From NCBI GenBank assembly GCA_051362555.1, contig CM120648.1, positions 2,519,721 to 2,583,720 on the forward strand: 64,000 bases of DNA, given 5' to 3'. The stretch comes from Lingula anatina. Lineage: Eukaryota > Animalia > Brachiopoda. Position numbers and translations under genes: made by a program. The notes under the pieces were generated by a model. The model was given only the letters and a program-made list of their open reading frames with translations. It had not been told where the DNA came from and did not search any database. Each line of letters opens with the position of its first letter. Positions within the stretch are counted from its first letter, which is position 1. This document shows positions 63,231 to 64,000 of the stretch, one piece after another.

Positions 63231-64000
63231 TTAATGTTGTGCCCGTTAACCATTGCTCTCAAATGTATAAGACCTGCGTCTTTATCCTCAGTCTATGTTG
63301 ACGTCTAATATAATCCATTACCCATAAATGTCCATTAATGAAGTGGTCTAATATAAATCATATTAAGGAACGTTTTATTTAGATTGCCTTTTCTCAAGTA
63401 TGATGATAGATTCATGTAGGCATGACCTGTAACTATGTCCAAGACAGGCTCTAAGGGGTTTGACGATAGATATGGAAAGCAATCAAGCTGCCAGGACGAA
63501 TACTAGGAAAACGCATCGCTGTGTCGGGTTATCTCCGCGCTGTCAGTCAAGAAGGCAGCGGCCTTAATTACCCTAGAGCGCGCCACTGGAAAGGTCACTT
63601 TGGTTTCTGCGTTTCTTGGGGGGGGGGGGGGTCGTATCGAGCACGGTTGTTACTTCGTGAACTCTTCTGATGCCATCTAACCCCCATTAAATATATGATG
63701 TCACAGCGTACCTGTCAGGAATAGTAATATTGGTTGTAAAAAAGACTTTACCCTTTTGAAATTGATCGATTTTATAACTTACAGGGGGTGGGGCTATACT
63801 TTATAATGAGACTAATTGCAAGCGATGCCAATCTAACAGAATTGTCTGTGTCATGAGCACAAAGCATCTCCGATATCCCTCCCTAATACGCAATGTGCCC
63901 AGACACCAGAGACCACCAAAACTCATTTAAACACTTATTTATAAAGTGCTTTGGTCTGAAATCAAGTTTTTTTCTACAAACCCTCAGAGTCTATTACTTT

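Overview
AT-rich animal genomic DNA, probably a lophotrochozoan invertebrate such as a mollusc; this is inferred from the receptor family and repeat content and cannot be proven here. Coding content is two head-to-head paralogous rhodopsin-family peptide GPCR genes resembling the ecdysis-triggering-hormone receptor (ETHR; TRH/ghrelin-receptor neighbourhood). Gene 1 (minus strand) is complete: exon 1 at 19642-19240, an 11.6-kb phase-1 GT-AG intron, and exon 2 at 7640-6199, giving about 614 aa with a very long C-tail. Gene 2 (plus strand) shows only exon 1 (46819-47146), which ends at the same codon position and phase; its partner exon is not in the window. The rest is intron and intergenic DNA dense with small non-autonomous DNA transposons: several fold-back PIF/Harbinger-type MITE families with 3-bp TSDs, a Kolobok-like TTAA family, CCC..GGG, CCGGTGT and CAGGCCCGTAGC elements. 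It also holds tRNA-derived SINE remnants, local tandem duplications and microsatellites. No prokaryotic system, CRISPR array, intact transposase or rRNA/tRNA gene was seen, and nearly all other ORFs in the track look spurious. All alignments were done by eye.
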